This document shows positions 1-7,189 of a stretch of 20,000 nt of DNA, in pieces. Source of the stretch: an uncultured virus (IMG/VR IMGVR_UViG_3300017642_000092) (taxonomy: Duplodnaviria; Heunggongvirae; Uroviricota; Caudoviricetes). The stretch lies in the IMG/VR virus record IMGVR_UViG_3300017642_000092. One strand, written 5' to 3'. The position numbers and the translations under genes are program-made. Positions within the stretch are counted from its first letter, which is position 1; each line of letters begins with the position of its first letter. The notes under the pieces are model-generated. The model was given only the letters and a program-made list of their open reading frames with translations, was not told where the DNA came from and did not search any database.

Positions 1-366
1 GTCGGCATCCACGATGCCGGGAGCCGTGGTCGCGTTGGCGTTGATGAAGTAAGCGTTCGCGTAAGCCTCATCATCGGGACGTTCTGTATCACCATCGCGC
101 AGGGGCGTTTTAAGTGCGGCCATCGGAGGCACGGACTTGCCATTGCCCTTGAGCTTGGCCTCGCCTTCGTGGTAAGCCGCCTCAATCGCTGCTTTGATCT
201 TGGCGACCGTCTTGGTGTCGGACTTCGGAATGATGAGGCTGACCGAGAACTTCGGCGTGCCGCCGTTGATGGACTTGGCCTCCCAGACGTTGGCGTAAGA
301 CCAGCGGGTGTCGGGACCAGTGATGACCTTCATCGGGTTGTTTACCTTATTTGTGCTGTTATTCAT
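1..366 (-). CDS. DUF2815-family phage ssDNA-binding protein, partial (runs off the window start)
   Basis: Not in the ORF track because it lacks a stop in the window. Manual translation from the ATG at 366 (RBS GGAGG): MNNSTNKVNNPMKVITGPDTRWSYANVWEAKSINGGTPKFSVSLIIPKSD...LKTPLRDGDTERPDDEAYANAYFINANA. The WSYANVWE and PLRDGD motifs are typical of DUF2815. Overlaps the DUF2800 stop by 8 bp. Confidence 0.88.
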   Translation of the reverse strand, partial: MNNSTNKVNNPMKVITGPDTRWSYANVWEAKSINGGTPKFSVSLIIPKSDTKTVAKIKAAIEAAYHEGEAKLKGNGKSVPPMAALKTPLRDGDTERPDDEAYANAYFINANATTAPGIVDAD

Positions 367-1498
367 AATCGTTTTCCTCCATAAAATCATTTTTGGCTGT
401 GTTCATCGCCGGACGCTTATCGCTCTCCAGCACGAGCGTGGGTTTGCCTTGCGGTTTTTCGATGTACGCCGCGAGGATTTCGTCAAAGCGGGATTTGCCG
501 AGCAGTTTCTGCATTGCGGTGACGCCCAGTAGCTTGCGCTCATAGGGGTCGATACCTATGCTTTCAACAGCGGCGGCAACGAGAGCATCGTTTGTGTATT
601 TGCGGTTGGAACGGCCCTCGACCAACTTATAGCCATGCCACTCCTTGCCGCTGACCGCCTGCTGTAGCGCGTAGTCCTTGATATCCGATGCCCATGCAAC
701 GATATCGTCTACGCGGGTGAGGATTTCTTCGACCTCCTCATCGGTGAGCAGGGGCGGCAGCTTGAAGTCGTAACGGGCAAGCTCCATGTTGGCGTCCGCT
801 CTGGCACGGCAGTCGTGCTTTGCCTTGCAGAAGCCGCACCATTCGCCGCAGAGGAAGTTGCCGTCACCGGCGAAAGCAAGATCAGCTGTGGGCTTGAGCA
901 CCTCGTCCGCCCAGCGGTAAAGTTCAGCCTTCGAGAGCTCGTAGGTGCTGACGTTGTCGCGGCGTGGCTGGTAGATGGTCATGCGTACCGAGTCGATATC
1001 ATAGATACCGTCGAACAGTTCCAGCGCACCGAGCGCGTAGCACTGCATTTGCGGGTTTTCGGTCGCATCGACCAAAACGCCGAGACCGTGCTTATAGTCG
1101 ATGACCTGCAGGGTGCCGTCCGCGATGATGATGCAGTCGGCGGTACCGAAGCCGGACTCTACCCAGTGTGAGAAGTCCACCCGCTGCTCGATGAGGACAA
1201 CGGGGTCGGCGCAGTTCTGCTTCGCCGTCTCCACCTGTTCAAGCACATAGGCTGAATAACCATTGGCGCAGTCGCTCATTTCCTCGTTGAACCATGTCAG
1301 GTTCTCGGTCGGGTCAGTGGCCTCCATGCCCAGCGCCCGGCGGAGCTTATACTCACAGAGCGCATGGGCGTCGGTGCCCTCGGCAGCGTAGTCGCTGCCC
1401 TTGTCGTCGTAGCTCTCGCAGAGCCGAGCTGACGGCGGGCAGTGCAGCCAGCGGTCGGAGCTGGATGCAGAGAGAATTGCGTGTCCTTTAGGTGGCAT
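359..1498 (-). CDS. DUF2800-family PD-(D/E)xK nuclease (Cas4/AddB-like), phage replication/recombination module
   Basis: 379 aa. Motifs HAILSASSSDRWLHCPPS, GTDAH, EQRV, GFGTADC, IDYKHG, QMQCYALG and C-terminal CGFCxxxxxC (Cas4-like Cys pattern). Adjacent to DUF2815. Confidence 0.88.
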   Translation of the reverse strand: MPPKGHAILSASSSDRWLHCPPSARLCESYDDKGSDYAAEGTDAHALCEYKLRRALGMEATDPTENLTWFNEEMSDCANGYSAYVLEQVETAKQNCADPVVLIEQRVDFSHWVESGFGTADCIIIADGTLQVIDYKHGLGVLVDATENPQMQCYALGALELFDGIYDIDSVRMTIYQPRRDNVSTYELSKAELYRWADEVLKPTADLAFAGDGNFLCGEWCGFCKAKHDCRARADANMELARYDFKLPPLLTDEEVEEILTRVDDIVAWASDIKDYALQQAVSGKEWHGYKLVEGRSNRKYTNDALVAAAVESIGIDPYERKLLGVTAMQKLLGKSRFDEILAAYIEKPQGKPTLVLESDKRPAMNTAKNDFMEENDYE

Positions 1499-1796
1499 GG
1501 TTCAGTCCCTCCACATCCTCAAGCAACGCCTTGTAATTTACCGGGTCAACACTGGACAACTTGTCGGCACCATACTTCTGGAGCAGAGAACGAATCTGAG
1601 CGGTGTAGCCCGCACGGGACTTGTCCGCAAGGACAGCTCTGACCGCTTCCGGTGTGAGAACGGGTTCAGCAGGTGCTTCAGGCGCAGGTTCATCGCCGCT
1701 GAATTGCTCTGCCAGCCAATCAGCCGCGTCGCTGATAGCAGCAGCAGACTTGCGCAGTTCTTCGATGGTCGAGGCCATCTCGCTCATTTTGCTCAT
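1488..1796 (-). CDS. Conserved small phage-element protein (102 aa) upstream of DUF2800
   Basis: Start reassigned to the ATG at 1796 (RBS AAGGAAGGAG). MSKMSEMASTIEELRK...VRAVLADKSRAGYTAQIRSLLQKYGADKLS. Overlaps the DUF2800 start. Confidence 0.75.
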   Translation of the reverse strand: MSKMSEMASTIEELRKSAAAISDAADWLAEQFSGDEPAPEAPAEPVLTPEAVRAVLADKSRAGYTAQIRSLLQKYGADKLSSVDPVNYKALLEDVEGLNHAT

Positions 1797-1944
1797 TCGT
1801 TTTCGCTCCTTCCTTAGATTTGCTTTGTACGGCGAGAATAGTGAGGTTTCTCGCCAGCCGCTTGGACACGACGCTGATTTGTGTGAGCACATCAACAAGC
1901 TCGTCATCGGCGCTGTATCTGGGTTTTACCTGAGTCTGGTACAT
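1720..1944 (-). CDS. Small hypothetical protein (74 aa), first gene of the replication operon
   Basis: Strong RBS GAGGAGGTG before the ATG at 1944. Core DDELVDVLTQISVVSKRLARNL. Its 3' end overlaps the next gene by 77 bp. Confidence 0.6.
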   Translation of the reverse strand: MYQTQVKPRYSADDELVDVLTQISVVSKRLARNLTILAVQSKSKEGAKTNEQNERDGLDHRRTAQVCCCYQRRG

Positions 1945-2043
1945 TCCGTTTCACCTCCTCGGAAGGAGCGGTTATCGTTTTGCTCTTTCCACTTCCCACT
2001 GGAGATGAGCAGCCCCGTTTGACGAAGAAAAATGAAAATAAGC

Positions 2044-2078
2044 AAAAAATCTCCAGTCGGTTGTTCGCCGACTGGAGA
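2044..2078 (-). terminator. Intrinsic terminator after the sigma-like gene
   Basis: Perfect 11-bp stem TCTCCAGTCGG (2050-2060)/CCGACTGGAGA (2068-2078) with a 7-nt loop, followed on the minus strand by a T6 run, just after the stop at 2086. Confidence 0.85.
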
Positions 2079-2085
2079 CGGTACG

Positions 2086-2598
2086 TTAGAACATATCCGG
2101 GTACTCGCGCTGAATCGTCTGTGCCGCTTTTTTGAGGCGAGATAAGAAGGTGGTGCGGGAAATACCGATGATACCGGCAATTTCGGTGTCAGTCAGCCCC
2201 GCAAGGCGAAGCTCGCCGATGCGCTTGGCTTCCGGCATGATTTCTGCAAGTCTGTCGAACAGGTGCTCCAGCACGAGCTTGTCCGTTACGACCTCTTCAA
2301 TGCTGGGAACGGTGTCCTCCAGCTTGTCCAGCATGGTGGTTTCATCGCCGTTCTCATTCTCAATGGTGTAATCCAGAGAATGCACATCACCGGCGGAGTG
2401 ATACGGGCAGACGAGACAGTCGCCGTCGCAAGCCCATGTTTTGCTCTTGGGGCACTGGCACTGACCGTGGTTTTGAGCGCGGTCGCGGGTAGCCCAGATA
2501 TCGCGGTAGTAGCCGTAATACTGTTCTTTCGTTACCTCAACCCACTGCTTGAGGCGAGGAATGTAGACCTTGTAGTTTTTGCTCTCGTTGACTTCCAT
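2086..2598 (-). CDS. Sigma-70 region-4 (ECF-like) transcriptional activator with a Cys-rich cluster, 170 aa
   Basis: Start reassigned to the ATG at 2598 (RBS GGAGG). CQCPKSKTWACDGDCLVC cluster, SLD motif and C-terminal HTH GLTDTEIAGIIGISRTTFLSRLKK. Confidence 0.8.
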   Translation of the reverse strand: MEVNESKNYKVYIPRLKQWVEVTKEQYYGYYRDIWATRDRAQNHGQCQCPKSKTWACDGDCLVCPYHSAGDVHSLDYTIENENGDETTMLDKLEDTVPSIEEVVTDKLVLEHLFDRLAEIMPEAKRIGELRLAGLTDTEIAGIIGISRTTFLSRLKKAAQTIQREYPDMF

Positions 2599-2799
2599 TT
2601 TGTTTCCTCCTGTGATGCGCCGCCGAGGGTGGGCGGTGGAGGAAACAAAATGAGGGTCTGCATCCGATGGACACAGACCCCGTTTCGCCAAAAATGAGTG
2701 CACGAAACTAAGGTGGCGGTGTACATCGGAGCCCCGGGAGCGGTCTTTATCACCGTTCCGGGAAATCCTTATGCAACCTCCACCGTCTCATGGCCACTC
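2596..2799 (-). ncRNA. Putative structured cis-regulatory 5' leader of the sigma-like gene
   Basis: Three stem-loops: a long hairpin at 2696-2799, a hairpin at 2654-2680, and a perfect 15-bp stem (2596-2610/2638-2652) that covers the RBS and ATG. Several G-U pairs work only on the minus strand. Confidence 0.65.
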
Positions 2800-2828
2800 G
2801 ACGATGTGATTTTTTCAAGCGCCTAATT

Positions 2829-2938
2829 TTGACAGGCACTTTTTGTGCTTTTATTGTAATTTACCAGTTTGGAATAAGCCAACGAGCGAATTGCATGGCA
2901 ATATTCCCTAAATATATTTGCATTTGCGCTGGTAAAAT
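2829..2938. promoter_or_regulatory. Divergent promoter/operator region
   Basis: Plus strand: TTGACA (2829-2834)-17 bp-TATTGT (2852-2857), and an extended -10 TGGTAAAAT (2930-2938). Minus strand: TTGGCT-18 bp-TACAAT, with the -10 at 2853-2858. Palindrome GCAC-TTTTT-GTGC at 2836-2848. Confidence 0.5.
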
Positions 2939-3014
2939 AGAGAAATTCGTAGTAGAATGTAATTATGCGTCACGGAATAGTTTATTCGATGTGAGAATAC
3001 AGGAGGAGAGCCCC

Positions 3015-3623
3015 ATGCCCCTTTCGTCTGATACTATTAGAGAACGCTTGCGGTTGACTTTTGGAACCGAATCGCAAGAAGTTATTGCAGGAAAATTGAA
3101 TATGTCACAGGGCAATGTCAGCAAGCTGTTATCCGGCTCACAGATGCCGGCCTTAGATACGCTGTATTCCATTTCTGAAAAGTACGGAGTATCTGTAGAT
3201 TGGTTGCTCGGCAGATCCGATCAGGAGAAGATTCCCAGCGCGGACAGTCTTTCGTCGTATTCTGTAGCTGCAGCTGTTATCACCGGCATTGTGCAGAGAG
3301 GTTCTAAAATGCAGGATGACGGTAAAAACAAATCAATTTCCATTGAAATTGAAGATCCGATATTAAAAGCACTAATAAGAAAAAGCCTTGTCCTTTCCAA
3401 AACGGACAGCGAGCTGTACGCCGACTGGAAAAAAACAAAGCTTTCTCTCTTTGATGATAAAACATTAATTTGGAGCGCCACGTGGCATGAGCACGAGATA
3501 TCTTTTCTTGCTTCTGAAGCTTCCATCGAAGCCGATTGGCTTGACGTATGGGAAGCTGCCAAAAAATCAGAAGCAGACTACGATGCAATGATGGGCGACT
3601 GTGTAGGACCGTTTGGAAGGTGA
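3015..3623 (+). CDS. XRE-family HTH regulator 1 (202 aa) with an uncharacterised C-terminal domain
   Basis: ATG at 3015 after AGGAGG. HTH_3 pattern SQEVIAGKLNMSQGNVSKLLSG...P...L..IS..YGVSVDWLLG. Confidence 0.85.
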   Translation: MPLSSDTIRERLRLTFGTESQEVIAGKLNMSQGNVSKLLSGSQMPALDTLYSISEKYGVSVDWLLGRSDQEKIPSADSLSSYSVAAAVITGIVQRGSKMQDDGKNKSISIEIEDPILKALIRKSLVLSKTDSELYADWKKTKLSLFDDKTLIWSATWHEHEISFLASEASIEADWLDVWEAAKKSEADYDAMMGDCVGPFGR

Positions 3624-3630
3624 AAATACC

Positions 3631-4329
3631 ATGACCGAGTTAAAGAGGCAGGTCAGCAGACACTTAGCGGAAATATTCCATGGCGACACCCAAGAAATAA
3701 CGGCCCGAAAGCTCAATACCACACAAGGCAATGTTAGCAAATGGGTCAGCGGTTCTCAGGTCCCGACAACAGATATGCTCTACGAAATAGCAAAGGCATA
3801 TCAGGTGTCGGTTGACTGGATTTTGGGAATTAGCCCGCAAAAGGAAATCGACGGTATTGTCCTTGAAAAGCTGACCTATGAACAGATTACACGAATTGTG
3901 GATGCACTAATTCAAAACAAGAACTTTTCCGTTCCTAATCTCGCAGAGCTTGCCCCTAACGAGGTTGAATATGAGGAAGATGAAAATGGAGATAGCGTGC
4001 CAACCACACCCGAACCGCAGTATGATTCTGACTACATAAAAGTGAATGACCGTCTGTTGTCATACCTTCTCCGAAGAAGATATAAAATCCAACTCACCGG
4101 TGAAGATATGCTTGAAATGTGGAAAGAAAACAAGCTGCCCAACTTTATGGGCCTGAAGCTTCTAAACTATAACGGAAGCGTGGAGGAAACCATTGATACC
4201 CGCAGTTGGTCGTCATTTGGCGACGCAGAATGGGTAGAATTGATAAACGAACTGTCGACACTGACAGAAGCCGAATTACAGGAAATCATCAGAAAATCGA
4301 AGGAAAAGGATGGGACAAACGATGGCTGA
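3631..4329 (+). CDS. XRE-family HTH regulator 2 (232 aa), paralogue of regulator 1
   Basis: ATG at 3631 after GGAAGGTG. TQEITARKLNTTQGNVSKWVSG...YQVSVDWILG. The stop overlaps the hsdM start by 8 bp. Confidence 0.85.
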   Translation: MTELKRQVSRHLAEIFHGDTQEITARKLNTTQGNVSKWVSGSQVPTTDMLYEIAKAYQVSVDWILGISPQKEIDGIVLEKLTYEQITRIVDALIQNKNFSVPNLAELAPNEVEYEEDENGDSVPTTPEPQYDSDYIKVNDRLLSYLLRRRYKIQLTGEDMLEMWKENKLPNFMGLKLLNYNGSVEETIDTRSWSSFGDAEWVELINELSTLTEAELQEIIRKSKEKDGTNDG

Positions 4330-5845
4330 AAATAATACCGCCGATATCGGATTTGAGAAAGAAATATGGGATGCCGCCTGCGTTCTCCGGGGCAATATGG
4401 ATGCCTCTGAATACAAGAATGTGATACTCGGACTGATTTTTCTAAAATACATTTCCGATAGTTTTGAAGCAAGATATCAAGAATTGGTGAGCGAAGGAGA
4501 CGGCTTCGAGGAAGACCGCGACGAATACACTTATTCCAATATCTTTTTTGTTCCATCCGGTGCCCGCTGGAAGGACATTGCAGCAAAAGCGCATGAGCCT
4601 GAGATTGGCAAGGTCATTGATGATGCAATGATCGCCATTGAAACAGAGAACAAGAAGCTAAAAGGAATCCTCCCCAAAAACTTCGCTCGCCCGGAGCTGG
4701 ACAAGCGTAGACTTGGAGAGGTCGTGGATCTGTTTACCAATGTAAAGATGACGGAAGGAACGGATGAAAAAGACCTTCTCGGCCGCACTTACGAATACTG
4801 TCTCCGCCAGTTTGCTGCACAGGAAGGCAAAAACGCAGGACAGTTCTATACACCGTCCTGCATTGTTCGTACAATTGTTGAAATACTTCAGCCTTTTGAT
4901 GGACGTGTATATGACCCCTGCTGCGGCGCTGGTGGAATGTTTGTCCAATCGGCGGTGTTTATCAAGAATCATCAGGGTAATATTAATGACATTTCCGTAT
5001 ATGGCCAGGAATCGAACCCGACTACGTGGAAGATGGCAAAAATGAACCTTGCAATCCGTGGCATTGACTGCAACCTGGGCGAAATACCAGAGGACACCTT
5101 CCTCAATGATCAGCACCCCACTATGCGGGCAAACTATGTCATGGCAAATCCGCCGTTCAACCTCACACCTTGGGGCGCAGATAAGCTGAAAGACGACCAG
5201 CGTTGGAAATTCGGCACGCCGCCTGCAGGCAATGCCAACTTTGCATGGATTCAGCACATGATCTGGCATCTTGCCCCGGATGGAAAAATCGGTCTGGTGC
5301 TGGCAAATGGTGCGCTTTCCTCCCAAAGCGGTGGTGAAGGTGATATCCGTAAAAATATCATTGAGGCCGATTTGGTTGACTGTATCATTGCCTTGCCTAC
5401 CCAGCTTTTCTATACGACCCAGATCCCTGTTTCCCTTTGGTTCATCTCCAAAGATAAAAAGTGCAAGGGAAAGACCCTGTTTATTGATGCGCGCAATATG
5501 GGAACAATGGTCACCCGTAGTTTGCGTGAGTTGACAGATGGTAGTGTTGACCCCGAAAAGAACGATATTGGCAAGTTGGCGGATACCTACAAGGCATACA
5601 CAGAAGGCACCTTAGAAGATATAAAGGGTTTCTGTGCTGTAGTTGAAACGGCTGAAATTGCTAAGCAGGACTATATCCTGACCCCAGGCCGCTATGTCGG
5701 CATTGAGGAACAAGAGGATGATGGCGAGCCCTTCGAGGAGAAGATGGCCCGCCTAACCTCTGAGTTGTCCGGGATGTTCACCAAGTCCCATGAATTGGAG
5801 GAAGAAATCCGTAGGAAGTTGGGAGCGATTGGGTATGAAATCTGA
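4322..5845 (+). CDS. hsdM: Type I restriction-modification methyltransferase subunit (N6-adenine)
   Basis: 507 aa from the ATG at 4322. HsdM N-terminal WDAACVLRG, GQFYTP, motif I YDPCCGAGGM and motif IV NPPF. Confidence 0.96.
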   Translation: MAENNTADIGFEKEIWDAACVLRGNMDASEYKNVILGLIFLKYISDSFEARYQELVSEGDGFEEDRDEYTYSNIFFVPSGARWKDIAAKAHEPEIGKVIDDAMIAIETENKKLKGILPKNFARPELDKRRLGEVVDLFTNVKMTEGTDEKDLLGRTYEYCLRQFAAQEGKNAGQFYTPSCIVRTIVEILQPFDGRVYDPCCGAGGMFVQSAVFIKNHQGNINDISVYGQESNPTTWKMAKMNLAIRGIDCNLGEIPEDTFLNDQHPTMRANYVMANPPFNLTPWGADKLKDDQRWKFGTPPAGNANFAWIQHMIWHLAPDGKIGLVLANGALSSQSGGEGDIRKNIIEADLVDCIIALPTQLFYTTQIPVSLWFISKDKKCKGKTLFIDARNMGTMVTRSLRELTDGSVDPEKNDIGKLADTYKAYTEGTLEDIKGFCAVVETAEIAKQDYILTPGRYVGIEEQEDDGEPFEEKMARLTSELSGMFTKSHELEEEIRRKLGAIGYEI

Positions 5846-5929
5846 GCTGCCGACGATCAGCGAATACCGCTAAGGAAACTAATATGAAAAATTCTCATAG
5901 GAAATTTATAGGATAAGGAGGGCGACAGG

Positions 5930-7126
5930 ATGAGCGAATGGAAACAATGCACCTTGGCAGACCTCGGCGAAATTGTCGGAGGTGCAACGCCGTCAACAAA
6001 AAATGATGACTACTACGGTGGCGATATTGCATGGATAACGCCCAAAGACTTGTCAACCTTTCACGGGCGGTTCATCAGTCACGGGGAACGCAATATTACT
6101 GCCGAGGGCCTGAAAAATAGCTCTGCGCGACTCATGCCGCCTCATAGCGTCTTGTTCACATCCCGCGCTCCGATTGGTTATGTGGCAATTGCTGAGAATG
6201 AGGTCTGCACGAATCAAGGGTTCAAGAGCATTGTGCCAAATTCAGATACTGACTATCTGTTTCTGTATTACCTCTTGGTTCATAACCGTGAGCGCATTGA
6301 AAATATGGGAAGCGGAACAACATTCAAAGAGGTTTCAGGGGCGGTAATGAAGCAGATTTCTGTTTCTGTGCCAACCGATATTGAGGAGCAAAAATCTATA
6401 TCAGCCATTCTCGGTGCGCTCGATGATAAAATTGAGAACAACACGAAGATAAATCATCATTTAGAGCAGATGGCGCAAGTCATTTTCAAAAGCTGGTTTG
6501 TGGACTTTGAGCCGTGGGGTGGTATAATGCCGAGGGATTGGCGAGAAGCACCACTGGGACAGTTTGTCGAGATAAAGCGTGGTGGTTCTCCACGACCCAT
6601 TCAAGAATACCTGTCCGACACAGGATATCGTTGGCTAAAGATTTCCGATGTTACGAGTTTACAAACTCCGTTTGTTCTACAAATCAAGGAACACATCAAG
6701 GAATCAGGAATTCGGAAGACGGTATTCCGTAAGGCAGGTACGCTGGTACTCTCAAATAGTGCAACACCCGGCATCCCAAAAATTCTGGGAATCGACACCT
6801 GTATTCATGATGGCTGGCTGTACTTTCCGAAATCCATGTTCTCAAACGAATTCCTGTATTTATTTTTCCAGCATATACGCAAAGACTTGGTGGCATTGGG
6901 AAACGGAAGTGTTTTTACAAATCTGAAAACGGACATATTGAAAACATTCCCAGTTGTATATCCCGGAGATGAGGTCTTAGCGCGGTTTGATGATATCGTT
7001 ATGCCGATTTTTAAAGGTATGGAAGAAGCAACAAGAGAATCGCTTGCACTTTCAACACTTCGCGACACTCTTTTACCCAAGCTAATGTCCGGCGAACTCT
7101 CCGTTGCCGACTACGCCGCTAAATGA
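5930..7126 (+). CDS. hsdS: Type I R-M specificity subunit with two TRDs
   Basis: 398 aa. Two TRDs (GGATP...; RGGSPRP...) separated by the conserved EQKSI...LDDKIENN...LEQMAQVIFKSWF helix. C-terminal LRDTLLPKLMSGEL. Confidence 0.95.
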   Translation: MSEWKQCTLADLGEIVGGATPSTKNDDYYGGDIAWITPKDLSTFHGRFISHGERNITAEGLKNSSARLMPPHSVLFTSRAPIGYVAIAENEVCTNQGFKSIVPNSDTDYLFLYYLLVHNRERIENMGSGTTFKEVSGAVMKQISVSVPTDIEEQKSISAILGALDDKIENNTKINHHLEQMAQVIFKSWFVDFEPWGGIMPRDWREAPLGQFVEIKRGGSPRPIQEYLSDTGYRWLKISDVTSLQTPFVLQIKEHIKESGIRKTVFRKAGTLVLSNSATPGIPKILGIDTCIHDGWLYFPKSMFSNEFLYLFFQHIRKDLVALGNGSVFTNLKTDILKTFPVVYPGDEVLARFDDIVMPIFKGMEEATRESLALSTLRDTLLPKLMSGELSVADYAAK

Positions 7127-7189
7127 TGATTTACCACTCCACCACCTGCGAGAATAACATGAACCCCAACCATAGAGGAGGAATGACAG

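Noticed and set aside
359..1498. Cas4-like nuclease as evidence of a CRISPR-Cas system
   Set aside because: There are no cas1/cas2 genes or array, and the context is the DUF2800-DUF2815 phage module.
2599..3014. N-terminal extensions of ORFs 2086..2703 and 2790..3623, and ORF 2532..2753
   Set aside because: Strong RBS-ATG pairs exist at 2598 and 3015. The extensions run through the hairpin leader and promoter region and look non-coding.
5846..7189. hsdS shufflon / phase-variable type I system
   Set aside because: There is only one hsdS, with no extra TRDs, no flanking inverted repeats seen and no intact invertase in the operon.
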